DNA of 64,000 bases from an uncultured bacterium (GCA_938003875.1 CALKWO010000337.1:6105-70104); one strand, 5' to 3'; shown: positions 1 to 9,826, counted from the first letter of the stretch. Notes: a model not told the origin generated them from the letters alone. Made by a program: numbers and translations.

Positions 1-1
1 A

Positions 2-916
2 CTGGTTTTAACAGCTTTTTTTTCCAGCACCAGGAAATATGGCCCAGAAGATGGCCCTTGGGTAAGAAAAGGAATAGAATACCTTATTCAATGCCAGAAG
101 GAAGATGGCGGAATCTATGTAGATCAGCTCAGGAACTACTATACCTCTGTTGCTCTCATGGCTCTCACAGCACATCCTGATGTTGCAAGGCAACATAAGG
201 ATGCCATTGAAAAGGCAAAGCAATTTTTGCTAAAACTACAATGCGATGAGGAAGAAGGATATACACCAGAAAAAGATAAATTCTATGGCGGTTTTGGATA
301 TGGAAGTTCCGAAAGGCCAGATCTATCGAATACACAGTATGCGTTGGAAGCCTTGAAAGCAGCAGGTTTGCCAGAATCTGACCCTGCCTTCCAGAAAGCC
401 GTTGTCTTTTTGCAAAGATGCCAGAACAGAAGCGAAAGCAACGATCAGGCATGGGCAGGGAATGATGGCGGTTTTGTTTACTATCCAGGTTCCAGCGCAG
501 GCGGAGAGGAAAAATCTGCTGATGGCAATATGGCATATCGTTCTTATGGAAGCATGACTTACGCTGGGATCAAAAGTTACATTTATGCTAATCTTACCAA
601 AGATGACCCCAGGCTCAAGGCAGCCATAGAATGGATTCGGAAAAACTATGATCTTTCCCAGAATCCAGGAGCTGGACAGCAGGGGCTATACTACTATTAT
701 CATACATTTGCCAAAACCATGCTTCTTTTGAATCTCCCTCTCTTGGAAGATTCTGATGGCGCAGTCCACAATTGGAGAGAAGATCTGGCTCAGACCCTTC
801 TTTCCCGCCAAAAAACTGATGGCTCTTGGAAAAATGAAAATTCCAGATGGTGGGAATCCGACCCTCGCCTGGTAACTGCCTATTCTATAATCTGCCTTTC
901 GTTTTGTTTAAAGTAG
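2..916 (+). CDS. Prenyltransferase/squalene-hopene-cyclase-like repeat protein (terpene cyclase/mutase family), 5'-partial
   Basis: Frame is open from base 2 (LVLTAFFSS...YLIQCQKEDGG). QW-like repeats QKEDGG, QKTDGSW, DGGFVY, YGGFGYG; GSMTYAG and GLYYYY motifs typical of planctomycete members. No DxDD seen in the visible part. Confidence 0.75.
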   Translation: MVLTAFFSSTRKYGPEDGPWVRKGIEYLIQCQKEDGGIYVDQLRNYYTSVALMALTAHPDVARQHKDAIEKAKQFLLKLQCDEEEGYTPEKDKFYGGFGYGSSERPDLSNTQYALEALKAAGLPESDPAFQKAVVFLQRCQNRSESNDQAWAGNDGGFVYYPGSSAGGEEKSADGNMAYRSYGSMTYAGIKSYIYANLTKDDPRLKAAIEWIRKNYDLSQNPGAGQQGLYYYYHTFAKTMLLLNLPLLEDSDGAVHNWREDLAQTLLSRQKTDGSWKNENSRWWESDPRLVTAYSIICLSFCLK

Positions 917-1017
917 ATTCTGTGTGCCAGGCATGAGACAAAAGTCTTTTGACAAAATAAAAAAAGAACCAATGTAAAAACCTACTGTTGCAAGGGGTGT
1001 TACCGCATTCCTGGAAA

Positions 1018-1093
1018 CAAAAGACGCAGGGACTGCGCTGGTGTCAGACTTTTGAGCAGACATGACTTTTTTGGCGCAACCCTGCGGCTACAA
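1018..1093. repeat. REP-like palindromic repeat family A, copy 1 (loop type 1)
   Basis: caaaagaCGCAGGGaCTGCGC...GCGCAACCCTGCGgctacaa. Near-identical reverse-complement copies at 28716-28791 and 52554-52628. Lies between convergent genes. Confidence 0.9.
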
Positions 1094-1129
1094 ACTATTG
1101 CTTCTGTGTAATCTACGGATAAAAAAAAT

Positions 1130-3085
1130 TTACCAGGAACTCTGTGTCTCTGCCAGTGCTAAGAATTTTTCTTCTTGTATTGCTTTGAAAAATTCCTGTA
1201 TAATGGGATACCAGACTCCATCTGATTGAAAGAAGGGAATGCCTTTTAGGTTCAGGACAGGAGATTCTATGGTGTACTCGGAAAGCATTTTCTGGAAGCG
1301 TTGTGCCAGATTTCCTGGCTCTAAGAGTCTGAAAAAAAGAGCCTGATGGCAGACCATGAACTCTATGGCTACTACAAAAGTAGAATTTTCTAAAATATCT
1401 TTGCACTTTCTGGCTGCTATAGTTGCCATGCTCACATGGTCTTCTGTATTTCCGCTGGTGGGGATTGAGTCTACTGTGGCAGGATGAGAGAGGACTTTGT
1501 TTTCTGAAACCAGGGATGCTGCTGTATATTGGGGGATCATAAATCCTGAATTCAATCCAGCATCTTTTGCTAAAAAAGCTGGCAGTCCATTGCTATGCTT
1601 TGGGTCCACAAGATGGGCTATACGTCTTTCGCTTATGCTCGCTATTTCACAAAGGGCAATGGCGAGATAGTCCATAACCATTCCTACTGGCTCACCATGA
1701 AAGTTCCCTCCTGAAACGACGGATTGGGCGCATAGTTCAGGATTGTTCTTCAGCCAGCTTTCATAGGCATCAATTTCATGTTTTGGCATCTCAGGGGGAA
1801 AAATCAAAGGATTGTCTGTGGCGGAATTGATTTCCTGAGAAACTACTTCCCGTGCGTGTTCCCATGCACGCCATGCACAGGCAAGAACCTGAGAAGCACA
1901 CCGAAACGAGTAGTCATCTTGTGTAGGGCATAGAGCTGGTACGGACTTTTTCAAAGACTCCAGCAATTGGCGAAGTTCCAGACATATTTCTATAGAATAA
2001 GCCTGGCTTGTTATTGCCGACTCTATGCTTCTGACTATACTATCTCTTGTTTTTTTAGCCTCTTGTAAGGCCTTTTGGTTATGAGAAATTTCCCATGGTT
2101 TTGCTTCTGCCAGATTTTTTCTGTATTCTTCCAGGCAAAGAGATATTGTATTCCAGAGGTTCTGTAATCCTAGATTCGACAATTTTTCCTGTATAGAATA
2201 AAGTATCCCTGCATTCAGAGGACTGGAAAGTAAAGTGCTTCCATGGAGATAAGCTCTAAGCCTTCTCGCTACTTCGGGCTGGTATGCCAGAGGCCTTGCA
2301 TTGTGTATGCGTTCATCTAAAGAAGTGGCTACCCCTTGTGCAGCCTCCATGCTTAAGGCTGTAGCCATCTCTGAGCTATGCAAGAGGACAAAAGAATCAT
2401 ACAGCGTCAGGCAGGCAATGGCAGACATGACCTGTGTGCCATTATTCAATGCCAGGCCTTCTTTATAGGAAAGCTCTATCGCAGAATAGCCCCACTTTTG
2501 TAATTCTTCTGGAGTAGAACAAAAGTATTTTTCCTCTTGCTGGAAATCCCTCTTTTTATTCCATAGAGAAAAAAGCCCTTGGGGGTCGCCTATGACAACG
2601 AGGGCTATGTGGGAAAGGGGCGAGAGATCTCCGCTTGCCCCTACACTTCCTTTGCAAGGAACAAAAGGACAGATTCCAAGGTTTAGCATTTGTACCAGAG
2701 CATCTATGATTTCCATGCGTACACCTGAATTCCCTTTTAAAAGCGTATTAGCTCTCAAGAGGATACAAGCGCGTATAATTTCTTGAGAAAGAGGCTTCCC
2801 AACACCACAGGCGTGGCTGCGAATCAAATTTTTCTGGAGCTGCTTTATTTTTTCTTTAGGTATAATGCAATCTCTCAACGCACCAAAGCCTGTATTGATA
2901 CCATAGGCTACAATATCTTGATTTACAAGAACATCGATCAGGGTACGGCAATGCAGTACTTTTTTTCTGGCATCTTCAGAGCAAAAAACTTTGGCTCCCC
3001 ATCGGGCTACAGCAATAACCTCTTCTATAGTTAAAGAATGGCCTTGGAGTATCACTTCCTGAATTTCTTGAGGTATTTTTTTCAT
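1130..3085 (-). CDS. hutH: Histidine ammonia-lyase (aromatic amino acid lyase family) with internal insertions
   Basis: YGINTGFG, LIRSHACG, MIO-forming GASGDL, KEGLALNNGT, QDDYSFRC, NSATDNP, GGNFHG, EDHVSM. Start moved to ATG 3085 (ORF track start at 3130 is a TTG). Confidence 0.88.
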   Translation of the reverse strand: MKKIPQEIQEVILQGHSLTIEEVIAVARWGAKVFCSEDARKKVLHCRTLIDVLVNQDIVAYGINTGFGALRDCIIPKEKIKQLQKNLIRSHACGVGKPLSQEIIRACILLRANTLLKGNSGVRMEIIDALVQMLNLGICPFVPCKGSVGASGDLSPLSHIALVVIGDPQGLFSLWNKKRDFQQEEKYFCSTPEELQKWGYSAIELSYKEGLALNNGTQVMSAIACLTLYDSFVLLHSSEMATALSMEAAQGVATSLDERIHNARPLAYQPEVARRLRAYLHGSTLLSSPLNAGILYSIQEKLSNLGLQNLWNTISLCLEEYRKNLAEAKPWEISHNQKALQEAKKTRDSIVRSIESAITSQAYSIEICLELRQLLESLKKSVPALCPTQDDYSFRCASQVLACAWRAWEHAREVVSQEINSATDNPLIFPPEMPKHEIDAYESWLKNNPELCAQSVVSGGNFHGEPVGMVMDYLAIALCEIASISERRIAHLVDPKHSNGLPAFLAKDAGLNSGFMIPQYTAASLVSENKVLSHPATVDSIPTSGNTEDHVSMATIAARKCKDILENSTFVVAIEFMVCHQALFFRLLEPGNLAQRFQKMLSEYTIESPVLNLKGIPFFQSDGVWYPIIQEFFKAIQEEKFLALAETQSSW

Positions 3086-3143
3086 AATTTTATAACTCAT
3101 CAGTTTATAGTAAATTTTTATATCTTTCAATATTTGTAATTTT

Positions 3144-3175
3144 ATATTAATTTTAATTCATATTAATTTTAATTC
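3144..3175. repeat. 16-bp perfect tandem duplication ATATTAATTTTAATTC x2 in a divergent promoter region
   Basis: Seen directly at 3144-3159 and 3160-3175. Confidence 0.8.
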
Positions 3176-3228
3176 ATAGGAAATTATAGTTTTAGTGATA
3201 AATGCACTTTAGGCTATATTCCAATCTT

Positions 3229-3271
3229 AGCCCCGAAGGGACAAAATATAATAGCAGGGCAACGCCCCTGG
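3229..3271. repeat. REP-like repeat family C (CAGGGCAACGCCCTGG type), copy
   Basis: agccccgaagggacaaaatataatagcagggcaacgcccctgg: two small hairpins. Related to 22132-22156, 27175-27205 and 28805-28846. Confidence 0.7.
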
Positions 3272-3377
3272 TATTTTAAAATTTTTTGATTCATTTTTCA
3301 AGGAATTTATTTTTAAAGCCAACGTATTTCTATAGACAAAAGAGTTTAAGATAAATCCAAAACAAAATCTTCTTTCC

Positions 3378-3406
3378 TTGACTTTTTTTGCATTCCTTGC
3401 TATCCT
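3378..3406 (+). promoter_or_regulatory. Putative sigma70 promoter for the 3462 gene
   Basis: TTGACT-17 bp-TATCCT with an extended -10 TG; GGAGG RBS before ATG 3462. Confidence 0.55.
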
Positions 3407-3461
3407 TAAAGTAAATTTCTAAAATGATGAGTGCTACCATAATTTCAAGCTGGAGGGTAAT

Positions 3462-4328
3462 ATGTACAAAATTTTATTCTTGTCTTTTATCTTGTTTTTG
3501 GCTGGATGCACTTTTGAGGAGCGAATCTTTTTAGCAGAAGAAGAAATCAATGAGCCTGGGGTATTTTTAAAACAAGATTTAGGAATACAACAAGTAGCTC
3601 CTCTGGTAAAAAAAACAAAACCATCAGAACGTGTTGTGAATTATAGTTTTATAAGAAACGATGCTAAGGTAAATTTAACTCTTATAATACGCCAGTTACA
3701 ATTGGATCAGAAGGTGCTTCTTTGCTCGCCTCAACTATTGAATATGTTGGAGAAAGAAATCCTGCCAGAGCTGGAACTAAACCAAAGCCAGAATAAAGAT
3801 ATTACAGTGGGACGATGGAATACAAGAATGGCTCTTTTGGAAACTTTGTGGGCAAAGCATGTTTCCGAGCAAGAAAAAGGAGATTTACTTCATGCTTTAA
3901 AGGGAACCTGGAATATGGTTGGTGTTCCTAAAGAAGCAAAAGAAGAAGAGCTGCTAGATCATGCAGTGGTTCAAAACCTTGCCCTATTTTTTCATGGTGT
4001 TGCAGATGCCTTACAGCCCTATAAACAAATTGCACCAGAGCAAAAAGATCTGACAAGTCCTGTCGTGGTTAAAAAAGAAGAGCCTCCTGCAAAGGAAACA
4101 GTGAAGGTGGAAAAAATAGAGGAAAAAAAACCTTTAGTTGTAAAAGAAGAAATCCCCTCTGCTAAACCCAAAGAAACTCCCAAAGCAGAACCAGGTAGCT
4201 CTCCTGGAGTTCCTAAAGTGGAAGGCGAGTCCAAGGTTATTTTGGATCCACAAATAAAACTTGAACCCAAAGTGAAAGTAGCACCAGAAATCAAATTGGC
4301 TCCAGAGCCTAGAATTTTTGGGGATTAG
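3462..4328 (+). CDS. Hypothetical lipoprotein with Pro/Glu/Lys-rich C-terminal tail
   Basis: Lipobox LAGC, RBS, 288-aa ORF. Confidence 0.7.
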   Translation: MYKILFLSFILFLAGCTFEERIFLAEEEINEPGVFLKQDLGIQQVAPLVKKTKPSERVVNYSFIRNDAKVNLTLIIRQLQLDQKVLLCSPQLLNMLEKEILPELELNQSQNKDITVGRWNTRMALLETLWAKHVSEQEKGDLLHALKGTWNMVGVPKEAKEEELLDHAVVQNLALFFHGVADALQPYKQIAPEQKDLTSPVVVKKEEPPAKETVKVEKIEEKKPLVVKEEIPSAKPKETPKAEPGSSPGVPKVEGESKVILDPQIKLEPKVKVAPEIKLAPEPRIFGD

Positions 4329-4344
4329 AAAGGAGAATATAAAA

Positions 4345-4866
4345 ATGAGATTATTTTTTCTTCTCAGTGTTGCTGTGTTGTTTGTGGCCTGCTCCAGCGA
4401 AAGGATTCCTTTTACTCAAGAATTAAGACAGGAATACCAGTTGAGCGAAGAAGATTTGAAAAATCTTCAGTACTATGTTTCAGATGAAATTCTATTGGAA
4501 AGAGATGCAGTTCTTGGAGAGAGCAAGGTAGACAGGGGCAAGCTAACGACCAAATCAGGAAAATTGATTGAACAGATTTTGCTGGAAGGGGATACCCCTG
4601 GAATCGCTGTTCAAACAGGTGAATATTGGCTAGCGGTGAGTTTTGAGCAAAATGCAGCTTTGTTTTTTACTTCAAGACTGGGCTATATCAAACAGGGAGA
4701 ATATTATTTAGGTACAAGAGGGAATCAAAGAGTTCAGTATAATAATAAAGAATATGTTATTATCAATAATGGTATTCAAAGCTATCTTATGATTGACAGA
4801 GAATCTTTATCGAATCTTATCAGAAACCGCAAAATATTGCTAGGGCGCAGAGTCCCTCTCCAATAG
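4345..4866 (+). CDS. Hypothetical lipoprotein
   Basis: AAGGAG RBS, ATG 4345, signal peptide ending VAC. Confidence 0.7.
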   Translation: MRLFFLLSVAVLFVACSSERIPFTQELRQEYQLSEEDLKNLQYYVSDEILLERDAVLGESKVDRGKLTTKSGKLIEQILLEGDTPGIAVQTGEYWLAVSFEQNAALFFTSRLGYIKQGEYYLGTRGNQRVQYNNKEYVIINNGIQSYLMIDRESLSNLIRNRKILLGRRVPLQ

Positions 4867-4917
4867 AAATCGAGGCAATTGTCTGTTTAAAATTTACAAA
4901 GATGCTCGAAAGCTAGC

Positions 4918-5093
4918 TCTAACAGAATCTGTGGTATTTATAGTACATAAAAAAAATAAGGCTGAATGCCGCCTGCTGAAGCAGATGCTATTATCATAGC
5001 ACTGCTCATCTGGCACAGGAAAAATTTGCTAAGAGCAGGCTTTGTTATCTATAGGCTTTTATAAATAAGACTGTGACCACAGAAAACGTTAGA
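4918..5093 (+). mobile_element. ~176-bp MITE-/attC-like element, copy 1
   Basis: Highly similar to 13728-13902. Imperfect terminal inverted repeats TCTAAC-agaa-TCTGTGGT ... ACCACAGA-aaac-GTTAGA. Internal bulged hairpin 4971-5014. Flanking GCTCGAAAG direct repeat at 4904 and 5098. Confidence 0.75.
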
Positions 5094-5146
5094 ATAGGCT
5101 CGAAAGTAGTAAAACTATTTGAGAATTACAGAAATCAGGGAAAAGC

Positions 5147-8100
5147 ATGAGTCTAAAATCCTTTAGCATTTTTTTTCTTTTAATTGTATTTTTAGTCGCT
5201 TCAGGATATGGCTGGTATTCTTATAAGAAATACCAGGAAGAACAAGATGTTCTATTGTGGCATAATATATTAGAAAAAATTCAATTTCTATCGGAAAACT
5301 ATGCATCTCAGATTGCAGCATACCAGCTCTATTTAAAGCAATATCCTGAAGGAAAATATTCTGCTACAGCATACCTGGAAGTCACTCGTGCCATGGCACT
5401 CCAAAAAGCCGAGCTGCTTTGGGCTGAAGCTCAGAAAAAGACAGTTCAGTCTTTACAAGACTATTCTGATGCTATACAGGCTTATCAAAAATACCTGGAA
5501 TGGGCACCTAAAGGGAAATACGCTCTCAAAGCAAAAGAAAAAATCCTTGAATTGGGTTATCATAAGGAAGAAGAGAGTTTCTGGCTTTTATGCTTTTCTA
5601 AAGCAGAAATGGAAAAAACTTATGAACCTAAGATAGCGGCATATCAGGGATATCTACAAAAATATCCCTCTGGCAAGTATAAAGAAAAAGCTACGGCGAC
5701 TATCCTGTCTCTGGAATCATCTCTCGAAGAAGAAAAATACTATCGCCAGATTTTACAGGAAGCCAGGTCTTATTATGATAAGGGAGACTATGAGGAAGCT
5801 TATGATTCTTGCTTAAAATATAGTAAGAAATATCCTCAGGGTAACTATTCTTCTCTTATTGCCTTGGAAATCAAAGAAATTCAGAGAAAGAAAGAAACAC
5901 TTTTCTTTGAAGAAAAAGCAAAATCCTCTGTAACATATCTGGAAAGGGCAAACTTTGAAAGAGCGCATAGGGAAATTATAAGCTATCTTTCTGAATACCC
6001 TGAACCCCTTTATAACAAAGAAGCACGCAAGCTGCTTCAGGAAATTTCGCAGGCGGAAGAAGAAGCTCTGTATCAAAAGGCAACAAGATTCGTGGGAAAT
6101 CTCCCTCAGCGTATACAAAGTTTGGAAGAATTTTTAGCAAAATATCCTGAAGGGAAATACTCTCAGCAAATACAAAAATTGCTAAAAGAATATAAAAAAG
6201 AATATATCGCAAGAAAAATTTTGAGGACCCCGCCTGAAGGTTTAAAAAAAGAGGAGAGTCTAAAAGGTGCAAGCCAGAAACTTTTGGATCTCTTAGAGCT
6301 TGTCCAGGATTCCTGGAAATCTAAAGACCAGGAGAGATCCCGTAAACAACTCCAAACTGCATACCTGCTTGTGGATAAAGGAAGCCCTATCATAGAGACA
6401 CTGGATACATTGCAGGAATATTTATATTTTAAAGAAATAGAAATTCTTTTACAAAAGGGTGATTCTTCTGCGGAGAATCTTTGTAAAGATGCTGTTTCTC
6501 GTTTTCCTGATTCTCAAAAATTTAAAAATTTTCTGCAAAAGGCAATACAGGAGAATATTTCTCCTAAATTGAGAGAGAGTTATTCTATTGCACTGCAACT
6601 ACAAGAGAAAAAACAATATGAAGAAGCTATAGCTCTTTATAATACTATTTTTCCGCAAATGAATGACCATTATAAAAAGCTTGTAGAACTCAATAGACAG
6701 GAATGTAAAGATTTGTTTTCGGAAAGAGAATATAAAAAAGCTTATGAATGGCAAGAAAAAGGGGATTATGAGAAAGCTTTAGAATCTTATATAAAGATAA
6801 AGAGCCAGATGAGCGAAAAATATGCGAAAATTTTAGAAAAAAATACGAAAGAATGCCAGGATAAGCTATTTGAAACCTACTATGCTCTTGCTAGAAAAGC
6901 ATATCAGGAAAAAGATATTGCACAATGTTTACAGGCGATTCTCAAAGCAGAAAAATTAGGTAAAAACGATATTTATCTTAGTAATCTTAAACTACAAATC
7001 ACAGATAAAGTTTATACAGAATACCATCATAAAATTGTAAAAGCATTGGAAGAGCAAAGAATCGCGCTTGCCAGAGATATGCTTTCTGAAGTCTATGAAA
7101 AATATAATATAGGGGAAGAATGGGATAAAAAGTTTTCCGATTTTAAGGCATTTTTGGATGCCCACGATAAAGCGCATGAAGAATTCCGTAAAGGAAATAA
7201 TAAAGAATGTATTAATTTTTCTAAAATAGCATTGAAATATTATGAAAACGCGCAAATTAGAAAAATTTTGCTTCAAGTGGAAATGGAAAATGAAAAATAC
7301 TATACCTATCTTTCCCAGGCGGAGGAGTATCTTTCTGAGGGGAAAATCGAGAAGACCCAGGAAGTGATTCAAAAGCTCAAATCTATGAGGGGCGATATTC
7401 CTGACATCAGAAAGATGGAAAACCTATGGTTTATGCAGATGGCGAAAAGAGACAAAGGAGATTTTATAGAGAAGCTTCTTTATAAAATTCCTGTTAAAGG
7501 AGGCGAATGGGTATTGGATATGGCAAGCTCTGAGTGGAGAAACCTTTCTTATCAAAGACAGTCAGAGCTTGCTGCACTATACCAGAAAGTCTATGCCCAA
7601 CAAAAAGATCTGTCTGTAGAAAAGATGTTCCGTAGTCCCCAGATATCCTTTGAGCTTGTATTGATTCCACCAGGACGCTATCTGAGAGGCTCCCCAGCAG
7701 GAGAAAAAGATCGCTATCTGGACGAACAATATCACCTGGTAACGATTAGTAAGGCGTTTTGGATGTCAAAATACGAGATTACACAAGACCAGTGGTTTCA
7801 AGTCACACAGGAGCGTCCCTGGCAGGGAAAACAAGATAAAGCTTCAACATCTAAAATTACAAAAGGGAATACAAGCAAGCATCCAGCAAGTTATGTGAGC
7901 TGGAAAGACATTGAAAGCAAATTTTTTTCCAGGCTTGAAGAAAAATTTGCTTTGCCAACCGAGGCCCAATGGGAATATTCCTGCAGAGCTGGAACCACGA
8001 CGAGATTTTACTGGGGCGATGACATTGCCCACCAGAAAATAGAGGACTATGCCTGGTATTCAGAAAATACAGAAAAAAAAGGAAATCCTTTTCCTCAAGA

Positions 8101-9238
8101 CGTTGGGCAAAAAATTCCTAATGCATGGCATTTATATGATATGAGCGGCAATCTTTATGAATGGTGCCAGGACTGGAGAGGAGAATATCCTGCGACAGAG
8201 CAATTCGATCCTTCTGGGCCGTTGCAAGGAGAAGAAAGAGTCTATCGTGGAGGCATGTGGTTTCATAATGCACGATTTTGCCGTTCTGCTTTTCGCGCCA
8301 GCTATCTTCCAGACTACAGGGGATACTACACAGGCTTTCGTCTTGTTCAGGAAATCAATGATGAAAAGATTGTGATCGCCAGTTTAAACTGGACAGGTTC
8401 TACCGCTATCGAGCAAATCATGAAATACGTTTTGGAAAAAGAGTTGCGCATTCCTACAGAAATCAAGAATGTTCCTGAAAGAAATATATGGCCAGAACTC
8501 CAGGAAGGGACTGTAGACATTTTCCCTGATCTATGGCTGCCCAATAGAATCGCTTTGTTTCGAGAATATGTTGAAGAGAGGAAGACCGTAATTGCCAAAG
8601 TGAGCTATCCTGATGCTTATCAAGGTTTTTACATTCCTTCCAAAGTAGCCAAAAAATATGATATAAAGAATGTTTTTGATTTAAAGGGCAAAGAAAATCT
8701 CTTTGACGTAAATGGAGATGGAAAAGGCGATATATGGGTAGGCGATGGAAATTGGGATTCTACGGCCATCAATATATCCAAAATCCGTGAATATGGTATA
8801 GATTTGGAAATCTTCCAATCGGATGAAAAAAGATTCTATCCTGTTCTCAAAGAGAATATGCAGGCGGAAAAACCTATCTTGTTTTATTTTTGGGAGCCTG
8901 GATGGGTAACCTATACCTATGATGTAACATTGTTGGAAGAGCCGCCGTACCAGGAAGACAAATGGATATTTTCCAAAGGAAGACCTGAGCTTACAAAAAT
9001 TTCTTGCTCTTATCCCAAGGCGACCATTTATGTAGGAATTTCTAAAAAGTTGCAAAAAAGAATCCCGAAAGCCTATAAATTTTTCATGAACTGGTATATT
9101 CCTATCAATGAAGTAAGCTACCTGATTGCAGAAATTGAAGATATTCCAGACAATCCAGCTAAAGACCCTGCTGAAGTAGCAAAAGAATGGGTAAGAAAGC
9201 ACCCTGATATTATTAAAAACTGGCTTAGAGACCTTTAA
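5147..9238 (+). CDS. Membrane-anchored multidomain protein: TPR-like repeats + FGE-sulfatase (SUMF1) domain + C-terminal glycine-betaine-type substrate-binding (OpuAC/ProX-like) domain
   Basis: N-terminal TM; repeated YLxxYPxGKY helices; LPTEAQWEYSCRAG, DMSGNLYEWCQD, RGG...GFRLV; then LNWTGS, VDIFPDLWLPN, FYFWEP, WVRKHPDIIKNWL. Confidence 0.8.
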   Translation: MSLKSFSIFFLLIVFLVASGYGWYSYKKYQEEQDVLLWHNILEKIQFLSENYASQIAAYQLYLKQYPEGKYSATAYLEVTRAMALQKAELLWAEAQKKTVQSLQDYSDAIQAYQKYLEWAPKGKYALKAKEKILELGYHKEEESFWLLCFSKAEMEKTYEPKIAAYQGYLQKYPSGKYKEKATATILSLESSLEEEKYYRQILQEARSYYDKGDYEEAYDSCLKYSKKYPQGNYSSLIALEIKEIQRKKETLFFEEKAKSSVTYLERANFERAHREIISYLSEYPEPLYNKEARKLLQEISQAEEEALYQKATRFVGNLPQRIQSLEEFLAKYPEGKYSQQIQKLLKEYKKEYIARKILRTPPEGLKKEESLKGASQKLLDLLELVQDSWKSKDQERSRKQLQTAYLLVDKGSPIIETLDTLQEYLYFKEIEILLQKGDSSAENLCKDAVSRFPDSQKFKNFLQKAIQENISPKLRESYSIALQLQEKKQYEEAIALYNTIFPQMNDHYKKLVELNRQECKDLFSEREYKKAYEWQEKGDYEKALESYIKIKSQMSEKYAKILEKNTKECQDKLFETYYALARKAYQEKDIAQCLQAILKAEKLGKNDIYLSNLKLQITDKVYTEYHHKIVKALEEQRIALARDMLSEVYEKYNIGEEWDKKFSDFKAFLDAHDKAHEEFRKGNNKECINFSKIALKYYENAQIRKILLQVEMENEKYYTYLSQAEEYLSEGKIEKTQEVIQKLKSMRGDIPDIRKMENLWFMQMAKRDKGDFIEKLLYKIPVKGGEWVLDMASSEWRNLSYQRQSELAALYQKVYAQQKDLSVEKMFRSPQISFELVLIPPGRYLRGSPAGEKDRYLDEQYHLVTISKAFWMSKYEITQDQWFQVTQERPWQGKQDKASTSKITKGNTSKHPASYVSWKDIESKFFSRLEEKFALPTEAQWEYSCRAGTTTRFYWGDDIAHQKIEDYAWYSENTEKKGNPFPQDVGQKIPNAWHLYDMSGNLYEWCQDWRGEYPATEQFDPSGPLQGEERVYRGGMWFHNARFCRSAFRASYLPDYRGYYTGFRLVQEINDEKIVIASLNWTGSTAIEQIMKYVLEKELRIPTEIKNVPERNIWPELQEGTVDIFPDLWLPNRIALFREYVEERKTVIAKVSYPDAYQGFYIPSKVAKKYDIKNVFDLKGKENLFDVNGDGKGDIWVGDGNWDSTAINISKIREYGIDLEIFQSDEKRFYPVLKENMQAEKPILFYFWEPGWVTYTYDVTLLEEPPYQEDKWIFSKGRPELTKISCSYPKATIYVGISKKLQKRIPKAYKFFMNWYIPINEVSYLIAEIEDIPDNPAKDPAEVAKEWVRKHPDIIKNWLRDL

Positions 9239-9249
9239 AGGAAGCGTTC

Positions 9250-9810
9250 ATGCCAACCAATATACTACAAGACATTGGCGAAAGCCTGAAAAAATTTCTT
9301 CTGCTAAATTTAAAAGACATTTTGGAAGAAGAGGATATTCTATTCCGATCCCCTGGAGAGCTGGAATTGCCTGATAAACCTAAACTCGTCATTTTTTTGT
9401 CGTCTTTTGAAGAGAATAATTATCTCAGGAATACAGAGCCAGAAAGGCAGAATAACCAAAAATACTATCCTCCTCTGGTGTTAGATTTGCACTATCATTT
9501 CATCCCCTATGCAAAAGATAGAGAAAAAGAATGGACAATCATGGAAAAGGTTCTACAAACATTCCATGATACCAAAATATTTCAAGGAGAAATGTTAGCC
9601 CAAGAATTGTCTAAAAGCGGTAATGACACCATTAAAATCACATCATTCAAGATGGATGCAAAAGATTTAGACAGAATACAGAGCCTGTTTCTGGATAAAA
9701 GGTATCGGTTAATGGCTTCCTATACCTTTAGTCCCATCAAGATTCCTTCTTTGCGTACTCAGGAATTTAAAGAAATCAAGAAAAGAGAACTTGGCGTCGA
9801 GAAAAAATAA
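9250..9810 (+). CDS. DUF4255/Pvc16-N-like protein (contractile injection system tail terminator-like)
   Basis: FRSP...LVIFL..FEENNYLRN...PPLVLDLHYHF...VLQTFHD pattern of DUF4255. Confidence 0.7.
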   Translation: MPTNILQDIGESLKKFLLLNLKDILEEEDILFRSPGELELPDKPKLVIFLSSFEENNYLRNTEPERQNNQKYYPPLVLDLHYHFIPYAKDREKEWTIMEKVLQTFHDTKIFQGEMLAQELSKSGNDTIKITSFKMDAKDLDRIQSLFLDKRYRLMASYTFSPIKIPSLRTQEFKEIKKRELGVEKK

Positions 9811-9826
9811 CAAATCGAGGTTTTTT

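Noticed and set aside
7650..8350. FGE-sulfatase C-termini (here and at 27215-27900) as DGR variable regions
   Set aside because: No reverse transcriptase and no near-identical template repeat with adenine-specific differences seen in the window; the two domains are broadly divergent.
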